This document shows, one piece after another, positions 34,974 through 47,244 of a DNA stretch of 64,000 bases. Made by a program: the position numbers and the translations under genes. The notes beneath the pieces are model-generated. The model did no database searches. It was not told where the DNA came from and was given only the letters and a program-made list of their open reading frames with translations. Source of the DNA: Chlorokybus atmophyticus (taxonomy: Eukaryota > Plantae > Mesostigma and Chlorokybus algae); the NCBI GenBank assembly GCA_009103225.1, contig RHPI01000810.1, positions 620,001-684,000 of the forward strand, read 5' to 3'. Each line of letters begins with the position of its first letter. The first letter of the stretch is position 1.

Positions 34974-37900
34974 GGGTAAATACGTCTAATTTCGGAGGGT
35001 TTTTGGGTTTCAAGCTTATATCTAACGATCGGTTTGCTATTTGGCGGCAATGTAACTGTATGATAGATAGCTACTAAAATTTTCTGCACAACCATTATTT
35101 TTCTATGGTTTTTTGCGCGGTATATCGCCATATATACAACGCCAATCTAGGGGTCTTTGGTGGGTTTTCAAGCGGGCATTTTTGCCTAATGTCGGAAGAT
35201 TCTCAATTACCTGTCGAGCGCTGATAGGCGTTTGGCAGGCAGTTGAGCTGGGTGGGGTAGTCTTACTGGAGTTGAGGGGTGTTGAGGGTGTGGCGGCGGC
35301 GGCAGCAGATGAATGGTGGTGTCAGCAGGCTGTATTGACAACTGCCGTCACCGCAGCCTTTGCTGCAGCTTGGCGCCAACCTTGCTGGCAACCTTGGCGA
35401 CAAACAGTTGTTGTGCAAGGTTGTCGGCGCTAGAGGCGGCGGTGGTGGCGCCCTGTAGGGGAGGAAGGGGAGCGCCAGCCGGTGGTGTGTGCGTAAGGAT
35501 GCTGGCGGTGCCTTCTCCGCTTGTCTCAAGCCAGGTGTGTGATTGTTGTGTTGTTCATATTGTTACGTTAGACACCTGCCTGCTCTGTGCATGCAAGCTG
35601 TCTGTGCATGTTCTTAGATGTGAGATAGTGTGCATGCAACTGTGTAGCATGCACTCAAGCCGTTGAACTGCGCATTATGCTTGCACTAGCAGAGAGTCGA
35701 GTGAGCACGCAGCAAGCTTATAATTGCTGCAAGGTTGTCTATGTACAAGTGTATGGTCTTGCCTACACTGTGCTAAGCTGCATATGTTGGTCACACAGTG
35801 CTAGAGTCAGTCTTGCAAGTTACAAGACTGACTCTGCCTGCTTGCTTGCAGCTTTCCGCTGTGCTTGCTTCGCCCTCCGTGCGCCTGCCTCCCTTGCAGA
35901 TGGGTGGGGTGTGAAGCGATTGCTGATGTAGTCAACGGCCCTATCCGTGAAGGGTTCTCCCTCCTGGTTGTCACACATGTAGGGGTCCCATGCGTAGCGC
36001 AGAAGGATAGCGATCGCTTCCGCTGCAGTCGTCTGCCTCTGCTCCCTCTCTAGGTGAGCTGCCTCTTCTTGTTTTTGTTGAAGGTATCACATGGGTGATG
36101 CTTGTATCCGGTCAGCTTGCCCGCTACACAGGAGTTGAGAGTCGAAGGTATGGGCTGAGCACGTGGACTCCGGACTTAGTAAGATGGTCGAGCCAGGACG
36201 GACTCCGGACCAGATGCTGAGTAGAGCGTTGGGAGAAACCGCGTAGCTTTGTGGATATGTAAGCTCAGCAGACGTGGCTTAGCTTGTTGAAAAGCTCTGG
36301 TCGTGAGCTAAATAACGCAACTTAGAGTGTGTTGAAAGGCTGAGTATTGTGCACACGGTGCTTGCAAATGTAGACGTGTGTAGAAACTGGCAGGGTAGAA
36401 AACCCCTGGACTTGTTTGGCATTAATGACAGTAGCAGTCATGCTCTTGTGTTTATATTGTTGGCGTGTCACTTGCACGTGTGTATGTCAACAATTCTTCC
36501 TTCTGCCTGGCTGCCTCCCTCTGTATCTCTTGCCGTGCTGCAAGCCTCTCATCTTTCTCTGCCGGTTCCAGCCTCTTCTTGGCATCGCTGGCGGCCTTCT
36601 TGGTTGCCTGTGCGCTGCCTTTTGAGTAGCTATGGACTTCGCTGCTTCAGCCTTGTCTGCCTTCTCTTCCGGTCTTCTGACCTTGGCTTGTCTCTTTCTC
36701 TCTTTCTCCTCATCTTGCTCCACTAATAGTGCATGTATCTCGTTGCTGGTAAGGAGGTGTGCGCTAGTGAGCCCTCTTCTGCGCTTGAAGGTGGGTTCTG
36801 TATGCGGGGCGCAATCCTCAACCTCTGCCTCAGGGTTGGCCTCGTTACCGATAGTGGCATCTTCAACGTCAATGGCTTCCAGCAGAGCTCCGAGGTGGAC
36901 TGCTGGCAACACAAGAGGGAGGTATTTGTCCACTGCATGCTTGTTGATTGGCCAAAGTCCACATGCCCGGAAGCCGCTGATGATGTTCGTGGCTGATAGT
37001 CCTGCATAGAACGGTGCCGCCAGCATGCCCAGAAACTCTGATCTGCTCAGGTGGTAGTTGAAGCGTGACCTCTGTCTCGCCTGGTATTCCTTGCGGCAGC
37101 ATTCTTTGAAGGGGTAGAAGCATGCCACGTCCAGCACTTGCAGTCTGTATGTGGTGGGGAGGAAGGATGAGGATATGCAGGCCCCTCTCCTTGGCGAACT
37201 CAATCATCTTGCTGTTGTAGCGGCTGTCATGTCCGTCAATGACAAGCAGTGCATGTTTGGCAACAAAGACACCACCCAGGATGTGGTCCACCAACATCTT
37301 CACCCACACTTCGAGGATCTCCGTTGTCATCCATGCGTTTTCTTGAGCCTTGAAGCGGGCACCAGTCACCTTGTCCCCGAATTCTCTGTGGTTCTGGTTC
37401 AGTCTCTGGCCCTTCAAGATGACAAGAGGGGAGAAGGCATACCCTGCTCCCGTCACCGCACACATCAAGGTAATGTGCTCACGGCTTCCAGTAGTAACAG
37501 CTTCTGTCCATTTTGATCCACTGCATACACATGCACGAATTAACACTTTGCTTGCACCCACTTTGATTCATTGCATACACATGCACAAATTAACACTTTC
37601 GTTGCATGCACGTGATCTACTGCATGCACATGCACAAATTAACATTTTGGTTGCATGCGACTGCAGTTGAGGCTATGGTCTACTACACCTTGCCACTATG
37701 ACTCTTTTATTTTGCATGGCGCTATCTAGTTCAACACCTATCTCGTCCGCGGAAATGATCATGTCAGCTCATACTCCCAAGTCGTTCACTACCTTCTCCA
37801 GCAAGTCAAAGTAATGCTCCACCACTGGCGTGCTCAGCAATACCCTTTTTGAGCGATCCCGAAATTCTGCCTTGCGTGACGACAACCTCTGCCTACATGC

Positions 37901-39224
37901 AAATGCATCAAACCACTTCTTCGTGGGTATGCCATGCTTCCACTTCTTCACACGCTCGTTGTTGGCTAGTCGTTTGCCCACCTCCAGCACGAGTTCAGTC
38001 CATGTCATGGCTCGTCCCACTTGATTACGTGCAATCACAAATGCTGCAAGGTCCTCCTCCTCCTCAGCTGCCAACAGTGTAGGTGCACCTGCACCTCTGC
38101 GCACACATAGCCATGTCAGGTGCATTGCATCCTATGTATCTGTCTCTTATGCACGCATTGCCATGTTTGCTGCGAACCCTTTGTGTTTTTGTACCTCAAG
38201 TGGCTGAGCTTCTCGAGGTGTGTGCAGTATTCCCACAGAGTATTGTATGGCATGTTCAGCTCAAGCAGGGCTGTGCTTACAGCCATGCAGCCAGAGTTGA
38301 CAGCACTAACCACACGGGCTATGTCCTCCAGGTGACCTTGATGTCGAATGTAATGACCTCTGGCACCAGGCTTGCGAGGGGTCTTGGCTCTCACGCGCTT
38401 GCTGCCCTGCACACAAACAAGCACATGTGAGAAACGGGTGGTGTGAGTGGAAGAGTGCCACAAGGATGATAATGCAGTGCAAGAGCAAACATCACCCACC
38501 CGTGTGCCTTTTGTGCTTGGCATAGAGGTAGAGGTAGAGGTTGGTAGAGGTAGAAGTTGGCAGCCTGCACAGTTGTAACTAGCTTCTTGACTTCACTGCA
38601 GCAATGCAACTCGTGCTTTGCTAACCCGCACTCTACAGTGACCATACACACTTGTGCACGAGTGTGTGTGTTCTACCTACAAACTGACCACAACCAGCAC
38701 CCACACACCACCACAACTGCACCTCTAGCTTGTACTAATGAGTTCAAAGTCACATACACATTGAAGCAAGGCGCCAACCCAAAAATCCAAAGCTCTAAGT
38801 TATATGCCACACATAGTAGAGTGCACTCAAAGCGTTACGGGTTACCCCCAAAACCCTACCAACCTTATTTTTTCATCCCCGCGCCGAATAGTATGAAACT
38901 TGGTAAATAAATTAAGCACCTCAAGAGCTCTCGAATGCACCAGGTTTCATTTTCAAATCCATCAACAATTGCCCAAGTAATGATCATACAAAATTTAGCT
39001 TTCATGTACACGGCCATAGTGTCCTATTGATCACACATTCAAAACTTTTGAATTGGCCGCCATACTTGGCCGTTTTAACTAGTTTTTGGCTCCCTAGAAC
39101 CCGATCGGTGTAGGTTACATTGTCTACAAGTCCCATCTCAATCAGGGCTGAGATGCGCCGCCAGCAGCCCAAAAACTAGCATCTCCAAAATTAGGGCGTG
39201 TTCCGAAATTAGGCGTATTCACCC
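34974..39224 (-). mobile_element. Tc1/mariner-superfamily (pogo/Fot1-like) DNA transposon, 4.25 kb, decayed
   Basis: 23-bp TIRs GGGTAAATACGTCTAATTTCGGA (34974-34996) and TCCGAAATTAGGCGTATTCACCC (39202-39224), 2 mismatches; TA on both flanks. Confidence 0.88.
36490..38410 (-). pseudogene. HTH_psq + CENP-B HTH + DDE_1 transposase, intron-containing, frameshifted
   Basis: LNMPYNTL (psq), GAPTLLAAEEEEDL, SADEIG, ITLMCAVTGAG..PLVILKG, LLVIDGHDS, LPPH..LQVLDVACFYPFK, IISGFRACGLWP. Confidence 0.85.
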
Positions 39225-40446
39225 TACCGGTCACAGGTCTCACACAGGTGGAGCACGCTGTATTGTCGCGTCTGCTCGCCGAAACCGTGACCGTAATTGT
39301 CCTCAACTTCAACGCCACCAAGTCGATGCGGCGGCTGTGTCTCCCCTAACTAAATTGGCATGAAACCGATCGACTCTCGCGGCTGCCCATGTAGCCTGAT
39401 TCATAACTTACAGCAGAGCTGCACGAAGCATGCTCCGAGAACAGAAAAAGGTGCGCTCACGCATGGCACAAGCATGGGCACACACACAAGCAAAGCAATA
39501 AATCAAGCGGGGGCCAGAGTAAAGCCTATAAGACTTAACTCTAGGCTAGGCACAACCACCAGTCTAGACCCATCATGCTGAATATCTCATCACGCAGGGC
39601 GATGTGCGATTACTAGGGTCGGACCCTTCCCATTGGACAATGGGCGACCTCCGCCGCAAGTGCCATACCTCACACGCCGTGCGGTATGTTCATATGCACT
39701 CAACCTACACGCATATTGCATGTTATGGCATAACATTGCATGTGCATTTACTTGTGATGTTATATGTGTGACATGACCTCCGTAAGACATAAATCATGTA
39801 ACCAAAACCCAGCACAAAAGTTGGCAGCATGCATTTGGCAGGAGGTTTGCATGAGCTCGTGTGCTTCGCGTGCAACCACCACCATTAGAACGACCCATTC
39901 TAACTTGACATCCAAGAATTGGCCACCATCAGTACAGTAGTCAAGGACACTGAGAGTGATGGCAACACACTGCTTGTCACGATATATAGCGGCTTACTCA
40001 ACATGTGGACGGGATGCATGCATCAGATTGCCTTGTGAAACACGGACACACAACTCATTTTCATACCGGAGATGCAGAGCAAATCAGCCCTCTCTATCAC
40101 AATACACAGCAACCTGCATTTTGTGCAATTGCAAGCGCTCATGCACTTGTGTACAACCGAGTTTTATTGCTAGATGAGACATCCACTCCTCAGCGGGAGC
40201 AACACCCCTTTAGTGTCCAGTCTGCATGTCTGCTTGCCGACACCAGGCACGCAGATGATGTGTCCGATTTCTTCACGTTGTGCCTTGGCTGGGGGCCCAA
40301 TGTAGCTCAATCTGGACGCCCGATGTACCACTAACTTGTAAACTGCGCACGCGCATGCCTCACAGCTTGTATCTGGCGATGAGTCGACCAAGTCATCGGG
40401 CTGCTGCGTAAAGCAGGAATTGGGTTGCAGTAAGAATTGTTTCAGT

Positions 40447-43334
40447 TCATATGCCCTTATTGTACACCACGTGTGTAACACTCCGGCCCTGGCTGTCCAG
40501 CATGCCATGGAATGTTGGCTCGAGCCACGCCGTCGGCACCACAGCCGTCTGCTTGAAGACCCCTGCGCCATGATGCATGGGGTTAGCAACAGCGTGATGT
40601 TACTTAGCACTGGACACAGTAATGCACAACAAGTGCTTCCTGACTGCCATACGCTAAAATGAGCATGCTGGCTTTGGTTGCTTACAACACGTGATGTGGT
40701 CAACACTTACCAAAGGTCAGCGGCACGAACAACTGAATTGATAGTCCAATCTGCGAGGACATACCAAAGTGGGTAGCTGCACTTGCGTGCGAATGTTGCC
40801 AAATGCATGCGCGGTACTTGATGTGTGCAATATCCGACCGACAGTGCATAACACATGATGCTTTCAAACAGCAACAGTTGTCGTGCTACAATGTACACGC
40901 ACATGATCATGTTAATATCATGCCCTCTTGGTGCGAGACAAGTGCAAAGCTTGCGCTCGTCATCAAGGATACATGCGGCATTAATGACATTATGAAGTAC
41001 GGGCAAGCATGCACATGCGAATATGGTTAAGAGACACCTTCTCACTGTACCATTGCCATCAGAGTGGGTGTGAGTAAATATGGCCGCCGGTAGAACGTCC
41101 ACGTACGCTCCAACCTGCATATGATGCATTACACGCTGGGTTGTTTATATGGTACTTGTACATGGCTGCATTCTCCTGCATGTCGGACATGACTGCAATC
41201 AAGCATCATCACTCGATTGGCACCCTGCACCTTGCACTGCTGCGTACCTGTGCATGATGAGTGGAGGCAGCACAAGTATTGGAGCGGCCGCCGCTATGCG
41301 TCCTGCACATGCGCACTGACTTGCTCACTGCTCAAAGCACGACGGACAAGCACACAAATACACAACACCCCAAGCTTTATCAACTCACCAGCAATACATG
41401 ATGACACAGCAAACGCGCCGGCCACTCGACTCCTGCAATGCCATGACATGTTAACATAACAAGCTCTTGTCTCGTAAGGTTGCAGTCACACAGCTGTAAC
41501 ATTGCATGCTTACTGTCCCAACAGTAGGTTGCGATCCGTCGCATCATACACATTTATGCCCTTCAGATACTCCTCTCTGCGCCTGTTCGGTTGCAGTGTT
41601 GGCGGGGTGACAAGGTGACACGCATGCATGACACACAAGCGGCACGCGATCATCTGCAGTTTTACATAATGCCGAGGTTGAGCACATCAGCCGCGGCGAC
41701 TGCTGCGAAGGGCACGAAACGCTTGGCTATGGGTGCCCTGAAAAAGAGACAAACAAGAAGGCTTGTATCAACTTACCGCTGCCATGTTTGCAGGCGAACA
41801 TGACACCCTTATCACACTTGGTAATATCGCAATTACTACACAAGTTGCCATTGCACAGAGCAGTAAGCAACCGTTCACCAATACTGCACTTGATGCGTGT
41901 ATGAGCACTGACAACACTCTCGACAACAGTAAACCAGCACATTCATGCATGCAGTCCCCATATTGGAACAAGTCGTCAACCAACCCAAGCTCCAAACACA
42001 CCATCTTGCCTTGGCTCGTATGGCGGCAAGATGAGCCTCCCCGCTCGCGCCCGCTTGCGCCCGCAACAGCTTGTTGTTGTTGTGGTGCGTGTCCTCGCCC
42101 CCGAGGAGCGTGTTGAGTCCCACCGCGGCGGCCACGGCGGAGGCGGTGGCACCGAGGTACGCCTGGAGGAGGTGCGTGTTGTTGTTGTCGATGTCCTCGT
42201 CCGCCGTGGCATTGCGGTTGGCCCGATAGTGTAAAGCGTTGTATGTTTGGTTGGCCCATTGTGCGAGGATTGTGGTGGAGTGTCTCGAGGCAGACAGCAT
42301 CAGCGTGTCCAACACCAAATTGGCGGGTATGATAAAAGAGAGCCGCAGCGGTAAAAGTATCTTCTCGCCCGTGTCTGGATGCACCACAGCATCTTTCACC
42401 TGTTGTGCTCTCGTGTTTGTGTGCACTTAACCACATGGAGTCAAATGCAACACCATCATGATACCCAAATAGCAACAAAGAGCAGGTAGATCTGTGCAGA
42501 GAAGCATTGCAAACACAGCGTCTTATGTGACTGTGCTGGTCGTGTCATTGCAGTGTGCATCATAACCATCGTCTTGGTAGTGACCGCACCTTTTTGGCAG
42601 CTGCAAGCTCCTGTGACCAATCAAGCGGCAGATATCAGCAATGCATGTTTAGTCAATTAGCAGTGTTATATGCTACAGGCAGCACCAAACAACCACATGC
42701 AGAGCACAGCATTGCATTCATAATCCGACTGCGAATGACTAACACCACCAGAGTCAGTAGCAGTCACCTGCTCGGGGACAGCCTCTCCCCTCTCTGACCT
42801 TCCCAATGTTGCCATAGCTTCCTGCGCGACAACACGGGAAGCTTTGTGCTTATGCATGCAACTGCAACTTGACGCAGACGGATGCAGTGAGTGCAATCCC
42901 ATGTGCCAATTGCTGAGTGCCCGCGACAACTTGTGTTGACTGGTCTGGCAAACGAGTACAAGTCAAACAAGCAGACTGTCATTGGTGATGATGAAAGTGT
43001 GTGACGCGGCCTTGTCAAAGCCGCCTTGTGCATGACAATTGGGGCGCCAAGCACTACAGGCAAGGGGCAGACAGGGTGGCACGAGAGCAGAAATGGAACC
43101 CATTGGCAACACATCCAACGGAGGTGACGAGCCACATTGTATGCAGTATGATTGCTGTTGTGTATTCAGTTTCAGCACACATTCTTGGTAAGGAGCGAGT
43201 GTCAAACACGTCAAGCATTGAGTACCGTCCCCCTCCCCGCCCACCTGCAGCCGCCCGTCCGAGACGAAAGCCATGCGCACGTCCATCATGTGAAAGATCC
43301 GCCGCACCCTGTCCCAGTATGTGTCCTCCTCCAT
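40447..43334 (-). CDS. Sideroflexin / mitochondrial tricarboxylate-carrier (Mtc) family protein, multi-exon
   Basis: TYWDRVRRIFHMMD, DAVVHPDTGEKI..PLRLS..IP.N, QWANQTYNA..YRANRNA, AYLGATASAV, PFAAVAAA..LN..IMR and C-terminal VYNKGI*. Confidence 0.88.
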
Positions 43335-43790
43335 TGCACCTCCACCTCCACCTCCACCTCCACCTTCACCTTCGCCGCCGCCGCTACGGCACACACGCTC
43401 ACACAGCAACTCAGTGAAGCCTAAGAGAGTGGCTGCCGCTTGCAAACCATCAACAGTCAAGCTGCGAGAGTCAACCTGCTTGCTGCTTGCAGCTAGCCAG
43501 CATTGCATGCACTTGTGTAAACTGTAGCTGCCTGGTGTGGTGTTAAAGCTTACAGCGCAACCAGGTAGCGCTCAGCGCTGAAGCACTTCAATTGACTTGA
43601 GAGGCTCCTTAGCTTGAAGCCAAGTCCACCTCTTCAGCGCAGGCGCTGTAAACCCTTTCACGTGGCCCAAACGGCAGTTGCGTCGGCGGTGTCGACGGTG
43701 TTGGTGTTGTCCGTGTTGCAAGTGTGGCTGCTGCGGTTGGCGTCATTGGGCTGGCGAGTTAGGCGGTGGGTTGCGTGAAACGCCGCACGC

Positions 43791-45603
43791 ATGCGGCGGG
43801 CGTGCCTCGCTCTTGCTGGGTACGTACGCCTGCTTGCATGCACTCTGTCGGCTTGTTGCTGAGAGAGTCAATACTACTTTTCGTATAGGAACTAACTCAA
43901 CTCAGCTGCTGCAAGGCGGTGTTGCACAATCTGCAAGCTTGTATTGCAATGCTGGTAATGCACCGGCCTGACGCGTTTTCACTCTCTGCATGACTGAAAA
44001 ACACACAAAACCAACTACTGACTTCACTAGACGACCTTCCAGAGGGGCAAGCACTGTTGAGTGGTAACATTGTTGCCTATAATACAAGAGCGATTGGTAT
44101 CTGCTGTCGATACATGACACTCGTTGCAGACGATTACGTAGCAGCAAAGCTGCTGGGCGACTCGTTTCCAGCAACGCAGATGACACTCTTCGGGAATGGA
44201 ACGAGGTGAGTGTGTGCTTGCGTGCATGCAATTCAACACCATCATGCATGTCTGTAAATCCAACCAATGTACTGCATGGCCGCTGCATCTCGACTACCAT
44301 GCACACCACCTGCTTTTTTGGGTTATTGGTGCTTGATGTACCTCGCTGGTGACATGCAGGAGATGCAAAGGGTGTTCGGTGAGGCCGAAACAACAGCAAC
44401 ATCAACAGCATCATCAGAGCCGTTGCAACAGACAACATCACCCTTCACCACCGGTACATCACAGGTTGCACACGCACATGCACCAGCAAAATAACTCTGT
44501 GTTGACAGGATCTTCCACTTACACTACCTGCAAGTATCCATGCAGACTGATGTTGTCAGACCATCTGCAGGAGTTTCTTCATTTAGCAGCGAGGCAGGAT
44601 TGAGCAGAGCAAACGATGACAGCAAGTTTGTCCATTCCAACAAAGCTGTTGCGAGTCTTTCGCACGTTGACGAGAGCGGCAAAGCCAGCATGGTTGATGT
44701 GAGTAGCAAGGAGGACAGCGAGAGGATGGCTCATGCGCATGCAACAGTTTTATTGGGTATGACACACTCAGTTGAATAGTGCGCACGCTTTAGTGCAAAA
44801 ACACTGCTGTTGTTTCCGTCATCATCTGCACTGACCGCTGGATCAATGGGCTTGCTAGGCGAGGAAGCATACAAAGCAGTGGAGGCCAATCGGATTAAAA
44901 AGGGTGATGTCCTTACCGTGGCACAGATAGCCGGCATCTCCGCTGCAAAGCAGGCAAGTAGTAAAGAAGCATACCAGTACACTCCTGCAGCGGAATCACA
45001 CGTGTAAGCGCACCTAGGCACGAGGAACCTCACACAAACGCACGCGCACGCGCAAGCATGCATGTTTATGCCAATTCAGTCATCTTCATACTCTTCATGC
45101 AGACAGGGCACTTGATCCCTCTATGCCACCCTCTGCTCCTGACCAGCATCAAGGTAAACCTCGCTCTGGACCCGTCACGCCACGCCGTTGTTATTAGCAC
45201 GAGAGTGAAGACACGTGGTCCCACCGGTGTGGAGATGGAAGCGCTCACTGCTGCTGCGGTACACGCATGTGCATCGCTTAGTTCATCTGACTGCGTTGTG
45301 CTAAACATGTTGCGTCAAGCCAGCTTGTGTCTCAAGCCTTGTATGCACAGGATATGCAAGTCGTTGGTCAGCAATAACTCCATCCATTGCAACTCTCTGC
45401 ATGGTCATTGGTTGGGATAGGCGTGTATAAGCGCTGTGTGCAGTCAGGGTACATGTACACGAGTTGCACCGCTGACCAATGCCGTGCAGGTGTCCGCGCT
45501 CACAGTGTATGACATGTGCAAAGGCGTGTCCAAGGGCATACAAATAGAAGATGTACGGTTGGAGGCCAAGTCAGGCGGTAAGAGCGGCGATTGGCACCGA
45601 TAG
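43791..45603 (+). CDS. CNX3: Cyclic pyranopterin monophosphate synthase (Moco biosynthesis, MoaC) with mitochondrial presequence
   Basis: [65 protein letters not shown] and KSGGKSG. Confidence 0.94.
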
Positions 45604-47058
45604 TGTTGCGTCTTAATGATGCAGGCATAAGGTATATAATAATGGTCATGCTCAACTGAATGACAACACCATAACAGACGACATCACAGATTGCGCACAC
45701 ATGCTCATGCGTGTGCACAACAGCACGTCATATATGTACACATGCAGGCATGTGAATCAAATGCTTATGGTTGAGTAAGGAGCTCGGTCATGGTGCGGAA
45801 TTGTTTGTTGCAACACGTCGTATGGCTGGATACTAGTGTCCACATTGGGTTAAGCAACAGCTCTTTCTTTTTTTTTTGTGTTGTCAAACAATCCATGATG
45901 GCACGGATGTATAGATGCATATGGTAGGATTCATGTGAGTTTTATAGCATTGTTTGGTTGAGGATTGCGCGATGTCCAAACGAATTTCATGGTCCTCTAC
46001 ACATCCAACTCACAATTATGCAGCAGTATATATAACGCTGAAACATTTGCATCAATTATACCTCAATAACAATGTGCACTGCATACTTGAGCAACGCAAT
46101 CGTTGTAGATTTGAAAATGTCCGCTTCATGTCCGAACAAGTCATGTCGTTGAGTTGACCATTGCACGTCGCAATGGCCTATCAGTGCGAGGCTTTCATGC
46201 CAGATGATGGGTGCGTGAAGCCAATCCACAAGTTATAAAGGTGCAGCCGCATCGATTATGTCTTCGCAAAATTGGTACGTAGGTTAGGCCTACGTGCACG
46301 CTGTCAATTGGCTAGTCGCCGATGAGTTGATGCGCACGGCGGCGATTGGCCGCCTTCACATGTTCAGGGGTGGCCGGAGCAGAAGTCACGTCAGCAAAAG
46401 CGACAAGAGAAGCGAAAAGGCAGGGCCAAACTTTTGACACTCTGCTCAGGCACCGTCGACGTGGCGACTGCTCAGCGCACGCCCGTTCGTCCCATGAACC
46501 TCGGCCGTCCGATACACTAGGCAGCGCGCTGTCACGCGCCTGCACTAGCCCTGCAGGCCCGGTCTAGCGAGGACGAACCCATCCATTGACCCATCAGTCT
46601 CGATCCATACATTCTGTGTGCGAAATCTAATCACAACGGGGGTTTAACAGTAAACGGGTTGGCAGTGCAGGGGACAGAATGGCGCGAACACTTCGTTTGC
46701 CCGCCGCCGTCGTCGTGCTGATCCTGTAACGAGTATCGCAGGCGGGGAGTCGGAAGTTGATGATGCCTTTGTTTAACGGCACGGTTGGTGTGCGGTTGAT
46801 AGATACCTCCCCCGTCTGTCGTTACGCATATTCTTTTACATATGCCCCGAGTGGCATTCGCAGTCAATTTCAATTGGTTAATTGCTGACGTAGGATTGGG
46901 GCGGTAAACGTGCGGCGGCGGCAGGGGCGGCGGGAAGGGCGGCGAGGAGGGCGGCAGGGGCGGCGGGGTCGTGGGGGCAGCAGCAATTAGGCACCAGGGG
47001 TCGAATTCTGGACGGAACCTAGCGAGCGTCGGGGCGGGGAAGCTGGCAGGTGCTGCCC

Positions 47059-47202
47059 ATGCCGCCTCAGACCAATAATCCAGCTGCGGGAGACGGGCCG
47101 CCTGCTCCTGCGGCGGCTGCTGGCGTCGGCAGGAATCCTGTGCATGACTGGGCGCCTCCGGAGGTGGATCAGTACACGGTTATCGACTACGACGAGCCGT
47201 AG
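47059..47202 (+). promoter_or_regulatory. 47-aa upstream ORF in the putative ATG11 leader, in frame with ATG11 but stopped 42 nt before its ATG; second out-of-frame uATG at 47144
   Basis: ATG 47059 reads MPPQTNNPAAGDGPPAPAAAAGVGRNPVHDWAPPEVDQYTVIDYDEP then TAG 47200-47202; the GC-rich leader-like sequence begins near 46900. Confidence 0.5.
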
Positions 47203-47244
47203 CAGCAGGGCGGGGCAATCAACATTACCAGCAACGTCATCATC

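Noticed and set aside
36076-36430. TG...CA-bounded segment inside the DDE transposon as a solo LTR
   Set aside because: Flanks GTTTT/GTAGC do not form a TSD and no second copy is in the window
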